IMG/VR virus record: IMGVR_UViG_2675903153_000001
Coordinates: 3,467 to 67,466 of that record
Direction: 5' to 3' (one strand)
DNA length: 64,000 bases
Origin: a virus
Lineage: Duplodnaviria; Caudoviricetes
This document shows positions 47,369 through 54,828 of this stretch, piece after piece (position 1 is the stretch's first letter; each line of letters starts with the position of its first letter). The notes beneath the pieces are model-generated. The model was not told the origin of the DNA. It saw nothing but the letters and a program-made list of their open reading frames with translations, and ran no database searches. The translations under genes and the position numbers were made by a program.

Positions 47369-47608
47369 TCAGCTGCCCGACCATCCCGGGTAGCACTCCT
47401 GACACCACTCGACGGTATTTGTGTTGCCTTGCAACGGTGATCGGCAGATTCGGCCGCATTCCGAGACGCCCAGCCACATTCCGCGCCATTTGAGCCGTTC
47501 GAGGTACCGCCCGGTCACACGGTGCATGACGACCCGGCCGTAGAACCAATGTGAGATCAGTTCGGGTCGCGCCTCATCTCGGAGCACCCGGTTCCCCCGG
47601 TCCGGCAT
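47369..47608 (-). CDS. Small Zn-finger-like protein
   Basis: H...CG..C...CQEC. Confidence 0.5.
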   Translation of the reverse strand: MPDRGNRVLRDEARPELISHWFYGRVVMHRVTGRYLERLKWRGMWLGVSECGRICRSPLQGNTNTVEWCQECYPGWSGS

Positions 47609-47615
47609 GGCGCGT

Positions 47616-48029
47616 TCAGTCCGGCGTCGTCGGCCGCGACCACGGCGGGATGCCGGGGACGGGGCGTAGGCCGCGCGAGCCGTGACGGAGCCGCGAAGTG
47701 GGGACCTGGGAGACGACTAGGAGTTCGTCCTTCGTCGGCAGGACCAGGCCGCCCGCGGCGCGGGCGGCGTTCACACGCTCAATGACGGCGGTGAAGTAGG
47801 ACATGGGGGGCGAAGGGCGGTCGGCGTTCCAGGCGATCGACAACGAGTGACGGGGAATGGTGACGACTTGGACGGCGAGCCCGACCCGCATGGCCAACAG
47901 CCCGAGTTGCCCGGCCCACTGCTCGGGCGAGCCGTCGATGTCCGCCCACTCCCATGGGAAGGTGATGGGCGTGCCGTGCATCAGTTCGCGGATCTGGTCG
48001 TCCAGGGTCGGCACCCGGTAGCTAGGCAT
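47616..48029 (-). CDS. Hypothetical protein
   Basis: GGAG RBS; coupled to upstream regulator. Confidence 0.55.
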   Translation of the reverse strand: MPSYRVPTLDDQIRELMHGTPITFPWEWADIDGSPEQWAGQLGLLAMRVGLAVQVVTIPRHSLSIAWNADRPSPPMSYFTAVIERVNAARAAGGLVLPTKDELLVVSQVPTSRLRHGSRGLRPVPGIPPWSRPTTPD

Positions 48030-49056
48030 GGGCGTCTCCCGGCCCCGGGCGTTCGAGTTCGCGCAACGCCGCGATGAGCCGGCTGGCTTCGATGCCGAGA
48101 CTGCCGGCGAGATGTTCGAGGGCGTCGATGTCGATGGGGATGGTGAACCGTTCGAGGTGGTCGGCCGAGGCGGCTCGGAGCCGGGCCCACTCCCGGAGCC
48201 CTTCGAGGTCGGGGCGGTCGGTGTGAGCGAGGGCGGCGAGGTCGACCATGATCGCGTCGGTGCGCGGGGCGGCGGGTGCGTCGATGGCGGCGAACGCCTC
48301 GGCGACCAGCTCGGCGGGCGTGACGCTGTAGGCGCCGGCGTACCTCAACAGTGTGTCGATGCCCATGACCCGGGTGCCGTTCTCGTGGGTGGAGAGTGCG
48401 GGACGGCTGACGCCGATCTGTTCGGCGGCGAAACGTGCGTCCCATCCGGCGGCGCGGCGCCGGCGGCGAAGGGCGCTGCCGATTGCGGACACGAATGCCT
48501 CGGCGGCGGCGTCCGTGACGAGGTACGGGGTGCGTTCGGCGAGGTCGGCCGGGGGGCCGTCCGGGATTTCGGCGAAGGCCAACGCGGCGTCTTGGTTGGC
48601 GGCGGCGGCTCGAACCCACATACCGACGCTGTCCCGGGCTACGCCGAATCGCGCGCCGATCGCGGCGTACGAGACTTGTTCGCGCCGGAGCCGGAGGATC
48701 TCCACGTCGACGCTGGTGATCAACTGCTCAAGGGTCTCCTCGGTCAGTTCGTACTCAGTCGACAGGCGCCCCATCGACCACCCGGTATGCCGATCCCGGC
48801 GGACCATCAGCGCTAGCGCTCGGCGTCGCGCCGGGTCTTCGATCCGGGCCGCGACCTCCGGTCGATCCGCCTCGACGGCGGACACGCCGGGCGTGATGCG
48901 GCGGCTATAGAGGAGGTCGCCGACGTCGTTGATCACCGCCCTCAACGGGACGTCGTACTTCGCGCGTAGTTCGCGCAGGGTTGCACCCGCGAGGTACTGC
49001 CCGCGCAGTGTGGTGACGCTGTACGGCACCGGGCTGTCGTCGGTCACGGCCGTCAC
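48022..49056 (-). CDS. Multi-HTH regulator ending in a BldD-like XRE plus C-terminal domain
   Basis: N-terminal HTHs; AIGSALRRRRRAAG...HENGTR XRE; last ~65 aa align gap-free to recalled BldD CTD. Confidence 0.7.
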   Translation of the reverse strand: MTAVTDDSPVPYSVTTLRGQYLAGATLRELRAKYDVPLRAVINDVGDLLYSRRITPGVSAVEADRPEVAARIEDPARRRALALMVRRDRHTGWSMGRLSTEYELTEETLEQLITSVDVEILRLRREQVSYAAIGARFGVARDSVGMWVRAAAANQDAALAFAEIPDGPPADLAERTPYLVTDAAAEAFVSAIGSALRRRRRAAGWDARFAAEQIGVSRPALSTHENGTRVMGIDTLLRYAGAYSVTPAELVAEAFAAIDAPAAPRTDAIMVDLAALAHTDRPDLEGLREWARLRAASADHLERFTIPIDIDALEHLAGSLGIEASRLIAALRELERPGPGDAHA

Positions 49057-49445
49057 GCTGCCGTGTCGGGCTCGGCGGGGCGGCGGTGCACCAGCCGGGC
49101 AATCCGACGGGACAACGTCCGGCGGTGGGCGGCGCGGTCGCGTTGGCGCGGAATCTGGTCGGCGAGCCCTTCGCGGTAGATGAGGTCAGCCACGTCGATC
49201 GGCTGGCGACCTTCCTCCGGGTCGTCCGGGGGAGGCTCGGCTAGGGCACGCTTGTGGATCTTGCATGGCCTGCAGATGCGGGATGGCCCGACCGCGCCCG
49301 GCGCGGGGATGAGCTGATCATCACAGAGGGTGGGGAGCCGGACGTCATCGCGCTCGACGGCGATGGCTTCTTCGGGGACTTCATGTTCAACATGCGTGGT
49401 TGTGCATGTGACTGGGATGGATGCCCTGGTGGCGGGTTTGGTCAT
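49053..49445 (-). CDS. Cys/His small protein of XRE-DUF397 cassettes
   Basis: VTC...HEV...LC...CRPC. Confidence 0.55.
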   Translation of the reverse strand: MTKPATRASIPVTCTTTHVEHEVPEEAIAVERDDVRLPTLCDDQLIPAPGAVGPSRICRPCKIHKRALAEPPPDDPEEGRQPIDVADLIYREGLADQIPRQRDRAAHRRTLSRRIARLVHRRPAEPDTAA

Positions 49446-49562
49446 GGGATTGGTCCCCGTGGTCGGCTCCCCGGCTCATCGGCCCGTGGGATGCGGTCAT
49501 GTGGTGAGGCAGCGGACGCGAATGGATCGGGGGCCCGCTCGCGTCCGCCGCCCGTCTGGGGG

Positions 49563-49660
49563 GGGCGGCGACCGACGGGGAGTCAAGCCGGGATGCGGTC
49601 CGAGGGGGTTTGGATAAGAACCGCTATCCCGGCGACTCAACCACGGGTCGGTCGCCGCCC
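49563..49660. other. 98-nt rod-like hairpin in intergenic region
   Basis: GGGCGGCGACCGAC/GTCGGTCGCCGCCC, GAGTC/GACTC, GCCGGGAT/ATCCCGGC and GCGGT/ACCGC nested stems. Confidence 0.6.
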
Positions 49661-49730
49661 GGCGGGTTGTCCCCGGGGCCTAGGAACGCCGTGTCAAGCG
49701 GACCCCGGGGACGGCCTTGGCGGGCTGGTT

Positions 49731-49994
49731 TCAGGCGCCGGATGGCACGGGAGCCAAGTGGCGGCCGCGCGCGTGGGCGTCACCGAGCGCGGCAAACTCA
49801 AGCAAGGCACGCGAGAGAGCGCGGGCCTGCTCTCTGTCGAAAGTGCCGGAGCCGCCCGGCGGGATGATGACGACGACCCGGCCAGCGTCGTCGTTCTGCA
49901 CTCGCGTGTGCCGGGGGCGCCCAGTGGCGTCGGCGCAGGGGACTTCTCCGAAGCCGGCCGGTCCGCCGGTATCGCCGGTGGTGGTGTGATCCAT
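49731..49994 (-). CDS. Small conserved Pseudonocardiaceae-type protein
   Basis: CADATGRPR...GRVVVIIPPG...QARALSRAL. Confidence 0.6.
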   Translation of the reverse strand: MDHTTTGDTGGPAGFGEVPCADATGRPRHTRVQNDDAGRVVVIIPPGGSGTFDREQARALSRALLEFAALGDAHARGRHLAPVPSGA

Positions 49995-50104
49995 GGCTCT
50001 GCCCTCTCGTGACCGGCGCCCGCGGCTCGCACTGACCCATCGGTCGGCGCGGACCCGGATGCAACGTTCCACTAAGCTCGCGGTACGCGGGGTAACCCCG
50101 CTGG

Positions 50105-50116
50105 TGAAATATTTCA
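50105..50116. promoter_or_regulatory. Palindromic candidate operator in divergent promoter region
   Basis: Perfect AT-rich palindrome TGAAATATTTCA between divergent genes. Confidence 0.4.
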
Positions 50117-50229
50117 TGTGAGCGGCGTGAGTGATATCGCGACATGGGAGATTTCACCCGATCGGCCGACGCCGTCTGTCGTAACTTGGCGGGCATCCGA
50201 GGCTGACCATGTGAGCGCGTGGAGGTGGA

Positions 50230-51108
50230 GTGGCTGACAAGCCCGAGGTCAAGAAGGCTCGGCCGAACATCCGGCAACGGCGGGTCGCCGCCAGACTCAA
50301 GGCGTGGCGAGCCGCGACGGGCAAGACCACGGAGGAAGCCGCCGCGCAGTTGCGATGGAGCGCGGCGAAACTCAACCGGTTCGAGACGGCAGGCCAGATT
50401 GCGGGACCTGCGGAGATCATCGCGCTTGCCGCCATCCTCGGCGTTGACGAAGAGGAACGCGACCGTGTCGTGACCTACGCCGTCAAGGGTCAGGAAGGTC
50501 TCGTGTGGTGGCGTGCCTTTGCCGACGCGGACACGGGCGACGACTTCGCCGACTTCATGGTCACCGAGTCCGACGCTACTGACGTATGGAACAAGGAGGC
50601 CCTGTTGATGCCGGGGCTTCTCCAAGATGAGGACTACATGACCCGCCTCATGCGGGCGTGGAACTCCGATGACGACCGGATTGAGGCTCGGCGTGAACTC
50701 CGGCGTCGCCGACAAGAGCGAGTCACGTCCGGCGCACTGCGGATCAAGGCCATCATCTACGAAGCGGCGTTCCACCAGCCGTTCGTGTCGCGCGGCCAAA
50801 AGGATCACTTGCTGACCATGGGCGAGTTGCCGAACGTCACGTGGCAAGTCTTGCCGGCCGAGGCCGCCGAGGATGCCCCCGTCAAGACGGAGCAGGGCAG
50901 CCCGGCGGCGGGCTTCGAGGCGGCCTACCACCTCATGAAGTTCGAGAACGAAGAAGACGTGTCCGCCGTCTACGTCGAGAACCTGACCTCCGGCCTGTAC
51001 ATCGAATCGAGGCCGGACGTTGAGGCGTATACCCTCAACTTTGAGCGCCTGGAACGTCTGGCGCTGGACCCCAACGCGTCGGCACGGTGGCTTGAACGTG
51101 CGCGGTGA
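50230..51108 (+). CDS. XRE-HTH plus DUF5753 regulator (WhiJ/Scr1-like)
   Basis: RRVAARLKAWR...KLNRFETA; MPGLLQDEDY; VYVENL.SGLY.E...VEAY...FERL. Confidence 0.88.
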   Translation: MADKPEVKKARPNIRQRRVAARLKAWRAATGKTTEEAAAQLRWSAAKLNRFETAGQIAGPAEIIALAAILGVDEEERDRVVTYAVKGQEGLVWWRAFADADTGDDFADFMVTESDATDVWNKEALLMPGLLQDEDYMTRLMRAWNSDDDRIEARRELRRRRQERVTSGALRIKAIIYEAAFHQPFVSRGQKDHLLTMGELPNVTWQVLPAEAAEDAPVKTEQGSPAAGFEAAYHLMKFENEEDVSAVYVENLTSGLYIESRPDVEAYTLNFERLERLALDPNASARWLERAR

Positions 51109-51144
51109 CCCGACGCAGCAGTAAGAACAAAGGAAAGGACAACA

Positions 51145-51339
51145 ATGTCCGACATCACCAGTGGCGCCCGCTGGCGAAAGAGCAGTTATAGCGGCGGCGG
51201 CGACCAACAGGCTTGCGTCGAAGTGGCCCAGACCCCGGACGTGACCGCCGTCCGAGACAGCACGGACCCCGCCGGACCGGTCATCGCGGTACCGCACGGT
51301 TCGTGGGCGGCATTCCTCGACGACGCGGTGGTCCGCTAG
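51145..51339 (+). CDS. DUF397 protein (BldB/Scr2-like)
   Basis: WRKSSYS...ACVEVA...VRDSTDP.GP.I...W.AFL. Confidence 0.92.
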   Translation: MSDITSGARWRKSSYSGGGDQQACVEVAQTPDVTAVRDSTDPAGPVIAVPHGSWAAFLDDAVVR

Positions 51340-51360
51340 TCCACCGATAGGTTCGAAGGG

Positions 51361-51409
51361 AACGGCCCCTCGGGCGCGGGAACAAAGGGAACCGCGCCGA
51401 GGGGCCGTT
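51361..51409. terminator. Hairpin terminator between convergent genes
   Basis: AACGGCCCCTCGG-GCGCGG...CCGCGC-CGAGGGGCCGTT. Confidence 0.7.
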
Positions 51410-51481
51410 CTTATGCGGTCCGCCGGACCCATGGGCGGCCGTGTCGACAGCCTACGTGATCGACGGCTCATGCCTGCTCCG

Positions 51482-52051
51482 TCATGTCGCTAAGCCGTGA
51501 AGTCGACGTGCGGCGGTGTGCACCCGCAATAGACCGGGATACACGTGCTCCCCGCCGAGGCGGTCGACCGGCCCGGCGTCGGTCCGGGTATTCAACACTT
51601 CCTGTTGCCGGCCTCGGTCACGGCGCAGATAGAGCACGTCGGCTTCGCCGACGATCCCCACCGCGAACCGGCATTCGATGCTGCCCACCACGTCGGCAGG
51701 GTCGCACCCCGGCGGCAGAGTGATACCCGTGGCGGCGCGGTATCCCTCGGCAAGGAAGACGTGCGCGACCGGGTCGCCGGGTGGGTCGAACCCGGCCCGT
51801 TCCTCCGCCGTGCCGGTCTCCAACAGGTGCGCGATCCGGGCAAGGTCGCTGGCCTCATTGACCGGCGTCATCGACAGGTCGAGGTATCCGGGTCGGGAAT
51901 CCGGGGTCCGGCTGAGCACGTACAGCATCGGGGGCAGCTGGTCCCATCCCCGGTCGTTGTGGCATTCCTCGGCGCCGGCGATGACCCCGGCCACCGTGCC
52001 GAGGTCACCCCGCAGCCCGTGCCGGAACGCAGGCCGCCACTTAGCGGACAC
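51482..52051 (-). CDS. Hypothetical protein (weak PPA1309-like GWDQ motif)
   Basis: EECHNDRGWDQLPPMLYVL; CRFAVG. Confidence 0.55.
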   Translation of the reverse strand: MSAKWRPAFRHGLRGDLGTVAGVIAGAEECHNDRGWDQLPPMLYVLSRTPDSRPGYLDLSMTPVNEASDLARIAHLLETGTAEERAGFDPPGDPVAHVFLAEGYRAATGITLPPGCDPADVVGSIECRFAVGIVGEADVLYLRRDRGRQQEVLNTRTDAGPVDRLGGEHVYPGLLRVHTAARRLHGLAT

Positions 52052-52478
52052 CAGCGTCCTCAGGCGTTGTTGTGGCCGTCGCGTCGAGTTCTGCCCCGCC
52101 GAACCAGTCGTCGGGGTCGGCTCCAACGGCGCCCAACGCCGTTTCGAAGACGTCCGCCGCTTCGGAGTGGTACTTCATGCCGTCGATGACGCCCCACACC
52201 GACACCGTGAGGCCGGGGAACTGGGCGATCAGTTGGCGTGTCCCCGCCACCACAGGGTCGGTCAACGTCATGCCGAGGAAGTCCCGCCACCCGGCGAGCA
52301 CGGCGGGCACTTCGCTGTCGGGGTACATTCCGGCCGCCGAGCCCGAGAGGATCAGGCTGGAAAACGACGCGTCGAGTGTCCACGTGAGGTCGTCGCAACC
52401 GGCCTTGCGGCCCGCGGCGTTGAGCTCCGCCGTGACACCGGCGTTCACCAGGCCCGTCACGTTCCACGGGATCGTCAT
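52041..52478 (-). CDS. Hypothetical protein
   Basis: TAATG coupling. Confidence 0.55.
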   Translation of the reverse strand: MTIPWNVTGLVNAGVTAELNAAGRKAGCDDLTWTLDASFSSLILSGSAAGMYPDSEVPAVLAGWRDFLGMTLTDPVVAGTRQLIAQFPGLTVSVWGVIDGMKYHSEAADVFETALGAVGADPDDWFGGAELDATATTTPEDAGVR

Positions 52479-53065
52479 TACTGAGCTTGCCTTTCAGTGT
52501 CGTTGTCTATGGGTAGGTATTCGGAGAGGCCGGCCACGACCGCGCGCGCCTTGTCGGCCGGCAGGTCGATCCGCTCGGTCAGGTAGCGGAACAGCCGGTC
52601 GTCGAGCACCGCGCCGGCCATGGTGTTCAAGACGCCCTCACCGTGATCGCGAACCGCGTCCGGTTCAAGAACGCCGAGCTGTTCGCCACCAAGCTCGATC
52701 ACCACTATCGGCGTGAACCGGTTGGGGCTCGCCGGATTCAGGTTGCGGCCGATCGCGGGCACCAGGCGAAGCGGTGCGGTCGTGTCGTGATCGCCGACCA
52801 GCTGTTGCCGCAAGTCACGCATGACGACGGTCTTCGCCGCGTCCTCACCGAGTTTCAGACGTTCCGTGAGCAGGCGAATCACGGCGACGGCGTGTTCCGC
52901 CTCGGTCGCCCGGCTCATGCACGTTGCGGCGTACTCGAGCGCCTGCGCTCGGTCTAGGTGGAACGCGCAGTCAGGCCCTACCGTCACGGCCACGCCGTAT
53001 GTTCCGTCCGGCAATACGTCCGACCGCACCCACAGGCCGTCGTCTTCATCAGGTGTCGTTGTCAT
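52478..53065 (-). CDS. Hypothetical phage protein
   Basis: GGAGG-like RBS; LWVRSDVLPDGTY. Confidence 0.6.
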   Translation of the reverse strand: MTTTPDEDDGLWVRSDVLPDGTYGVAVTVGPDCAFHLDRAQALEYAATCMSRATEAEHAVAVIRLLTERLKLGEDAAKTVVMRDLRQQLVGDHDTTAPLRLVPAIGRNLNPASPNRFTPIVVIELGGEQLGVLEPDAVRDHGEGVLNTMAGAVLDDRLFRYLTERIDLPADKARAVVAGLSEYLPIDNDTERQAQ

Positions 53066-53523
53066 AGCCGCCTCGACCTCGGAACGCCGGTCACGGCGAT
53101 TGACAGTTCCTCGATCTGCCGCAGAGCTCGGAACAGCTCCGAGGCGTCGATGGTCGCGTCCGGGATGCAGCCGTGTTCGCAACGCAGGCCACCGCGGATC
53201 AGGTCCGAACGGTCGCGCACCACGCCGAAGACGCGGCAAATCAGAGGCCGGACGTCGTACACCGAACAGGTGTTGAGCGGCGACAACGCCGGGCACCGAG
53301 GGGTCTTGCCGGTCGCGATCAGGGCCTGTAAGCGCTCGTACGACATGTGGACTGGCAAAGTCACCCCCCGGGCGGCAAGCCGCTCACGCTCCAGTTCGGA
53401 CGCATCGATCGACGTGCATGAGTCATGGCACAAGCCCTTGCACTCAATGGCCGGCACCTGCTCGTAAAGGTCTTCGAGCGCGGCGATTGCCTCGGCGCGC
53501 GTGGGAATCCGCTGGCGGCTCAT
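53062..53523 (-). CDS. YkgJ-like cysteine-cluster (Zn or Fe-S) protein
   Basis: CKGLCHDSC, CPAL...CSVYDVRPLICR.FG. Confidence 0.8.
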   Translation of the reverse strand: MSRQRIPTRAEAIAALEDLYEQVPAIECKGLCHDSCTSIDASELERERLAARGVTLPVHMSYERLQALIATGKTPRCPALSPLNTCSVYDVRPLICRVFGVVRDRSDLIRGGLRCEHGCIPDATIDASELFRALRQIEELSIAVTGVPRSRRL

Positions 53524-53741
53524 CGTTTCGCCCCCGCTCGGCCCGAGCCGCGTTGTGGCGGTGTCGCGGCCGCCGGCGGCGTCGCGGCGCCCTCGGTTTC
53601 GCGGACGCATACCGTGCATCGCCATCCCGTCGACTTGCCGTCTTTCATTCGCTTAGCGTTATGGACGCGCCGGCCTTCGCCGTAGGTGTCGTCCTGGAAC
53701 CGGTTTGCGCAGGTGCAACGCCTGATCTCCGTCTTGGACAT
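53520..53741 (-). CDS. Small Zn-ribbon phage protein
   Basis: CTC...FQD..YG.G.RVHN...RCTVC. Confidence 0.7.
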   Translation of the reverse strand: MSKTEIRRCTCANRFQDDTYGEGRRVHNAKRMKDGKSTGWRCTVCVRETEGAATPPAAATPPQRGSGRAGAKR

Positions 53742-54179
53742 CTAGTTGCCCGCCCGTCCTTCGGCGTTGTCGAGCGTGTCCACGGTGGACATCTGGTCCG
53801 GCGCCCAGGCCGGCCCGAGGCTGCCCGCCTTACGCTGCGCCGCCTTACCCTGTGCCGCGTTCGCTTCGAGGCGATGCCAGACCTCGTGAACCAAGTCGAC
53901 CCCTGCAATGTCGGCCAGCCTGATCACGTACATCAGTACGTCCGCGAGACCTTCGGCGATATCACGATCACCGGCAAGGTCCGCGCTGACGCTGTCCGCG
54001 TCGTAGATGGTCGCCAACACGCCGGCCGCTTTGAGAACCAGTCCGCTGACCAGCTGTCGAGGCGGGAAGCCCGCTCGCCACTTCCGTTCACCCACGAAGC
54101 TCCGAAGTTCCACGGTGAGCGTGAACAGCGAAGGGTCGTCTTTCGCCAAGGTCCGGTAGTAGCCCGGATCGATTGTCAT
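53742..54179 (-). CDS. MazG-like nucleotide pyrophosphohydrolase, degenerate
   Basis: LRSFVGERKW...AEGLADVLMYVIRLADIAGVDL; TAATG coupling. Confidence 0.7.
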   Translation of the reverse strand: MTIDPGYYRTLAKDDPSLFTLTVELRSFVGERKWRAGFPPRQLVSGLVLKAAGVLATIYDADSVSADLAGDRDIAEGLADVLMYVIRLADIAGVDLVHEVWHRLEANAAQGKAAQRKAGSLGPAWAPDQMSTVDTLDNAEGRAGN

Positions 54180-54346
54180 TATTCCCCGTCCTGACGCCGC
54201 GCCTGCTGCTTCCCTTCGCGGCGCTCGCGGCGATTGCCGATTCGTTTGACTTTCTTCACGGCGCCCGACTTCTGTGTCCAGCAGAACCGGCGGCGCCATC
54301 GGCTGTGCACGTCCCGTTCCGCACCCGACCGGGTTCGTCGTTTCAC
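54179..54346 (-). CDS. Small basic phage protein (55 aa)
   Basis: ERDVHSRWRRR...GAVKKVKR..NRRERREGK. Confidence 0.6.
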   Translation of the reverse strand: MKRRTRSGAERDVHSRWRRRFCWTQKSGAVKKVKRIGNRRERREGKQQARRQDGE

Positions 54347-54368
54347 GTTGCACCGCCTTGGAAATAGG

Positions 54369-54401
54369 GTCGGGCGGCCACGTATCCAGTGACCGCCCGA
54401 C
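54369..54401 (-). terminator. 13-bp hairpin closing the ncRNA locus
   Basis: GTCGGGCGGTCAC-TGGATAC-GTGGCCGCCCGAC on minus strand. Confidence 0.5.
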
Positions 54402-54414
54402 ATGCAAAGTGTGT

Positions 54415-54433
54415 AACGGATTAACAGTCCGTT
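54415..54433 (-). ncRNA. Isolated tRNA-Asn(GTT)-like anticodon stem-loop
   Basis: AACGGA-CTGTTAA-TCCGTT; no recognisable D or T arm. Confidence 0.45.
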
Positions 54434-54506
54434 GCCCTCACGGGCGACTTTTGCGCCGTCATTGGGCGCGTCACCACGTTTAAACACGGGGATCAAGTTC
54501 ATGTTC

Positions 54507-54579
54507 CGTCGCGCTCTGCCGTTGAGCCACAGCGCCATGATTGGAGGCGCCGGCGGGAATCGAACCCGCAATCTCGACA
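54507..54579 (-). ncRNA. Circularly permuted tRNA-like cloverleaf B (YrlA/Y-RNA-like architecture)
   Basis: TGTCG-AGATT-[GCGGG TTCGATT CCCGC]-CGGCGCC-TCCA-ATCAT-GGCGCTG-TG-[GCTC AACGGCA GAGC]-G-CGACG. Confidence 0.8.
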
Positions 54580-54652
54580 AGGAATCGTCCCCGCGTGGTC
54601 GATGTGACGTGCGGCGGCAATGCTGAGTCTGTGGCAAGAATCTGACATGCGG

Positions 54653-54725
54653 CCCGCTGCCTCTGCCGATTGGGCTACCCGGGCCCGTGGTGCCCGGGGC
54701 AGGATTCGAACCTGCACTGTGCGGG
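54653..54725 (-). ncRNA. Circularly permuted tRNA-like cloverleaf A
   Basis: CCCGC-ACAGT-[GCAGG TTCGAAT CCTGC]-CCCGGGC-ACCA-CGG-GCCCGGG-TA-[GCC CAATCGGCAGA GGC]-A-GCGGG. Confidence 0.8.
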
Positions 54726-54738
54726 GTTGTTCCGCCTA

Positions 54739-54762
54739 TGAGTCTGAGTCTGAGTCTGAGTC
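54739..54762 (-). repeat. (GACTCA)4 hexamer repeat in ncRNA leader
   Basis: TGAGTC four times on plus strand. Confidence 0.9.
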
Positions 54763-54828
54763 GTTCAGTCTGTGCCAATCCCCAAGCTGCCCAACCTAGG
54801 GCCCGAGGGGAAACCGTTGGGTCCGCGC

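Noticed and set aside
54507-54725. Ordinary tRNA genes (Leu-like 5' and 3' halves)
   Set aside because: In linear order the acceptor strands GCCCGGG and CGGCGCC pair only 3/7 and no anticodon arm forms; halves pair only in permuted order
54179-54778. 199-aa ORF, and the 72-aa ORF 54499-54717, spanning the tRNA-like array
   Set aside because: Read-through of structured RNA with odd composition; only the last 55 codons (from GTG 54346) look like a real gene
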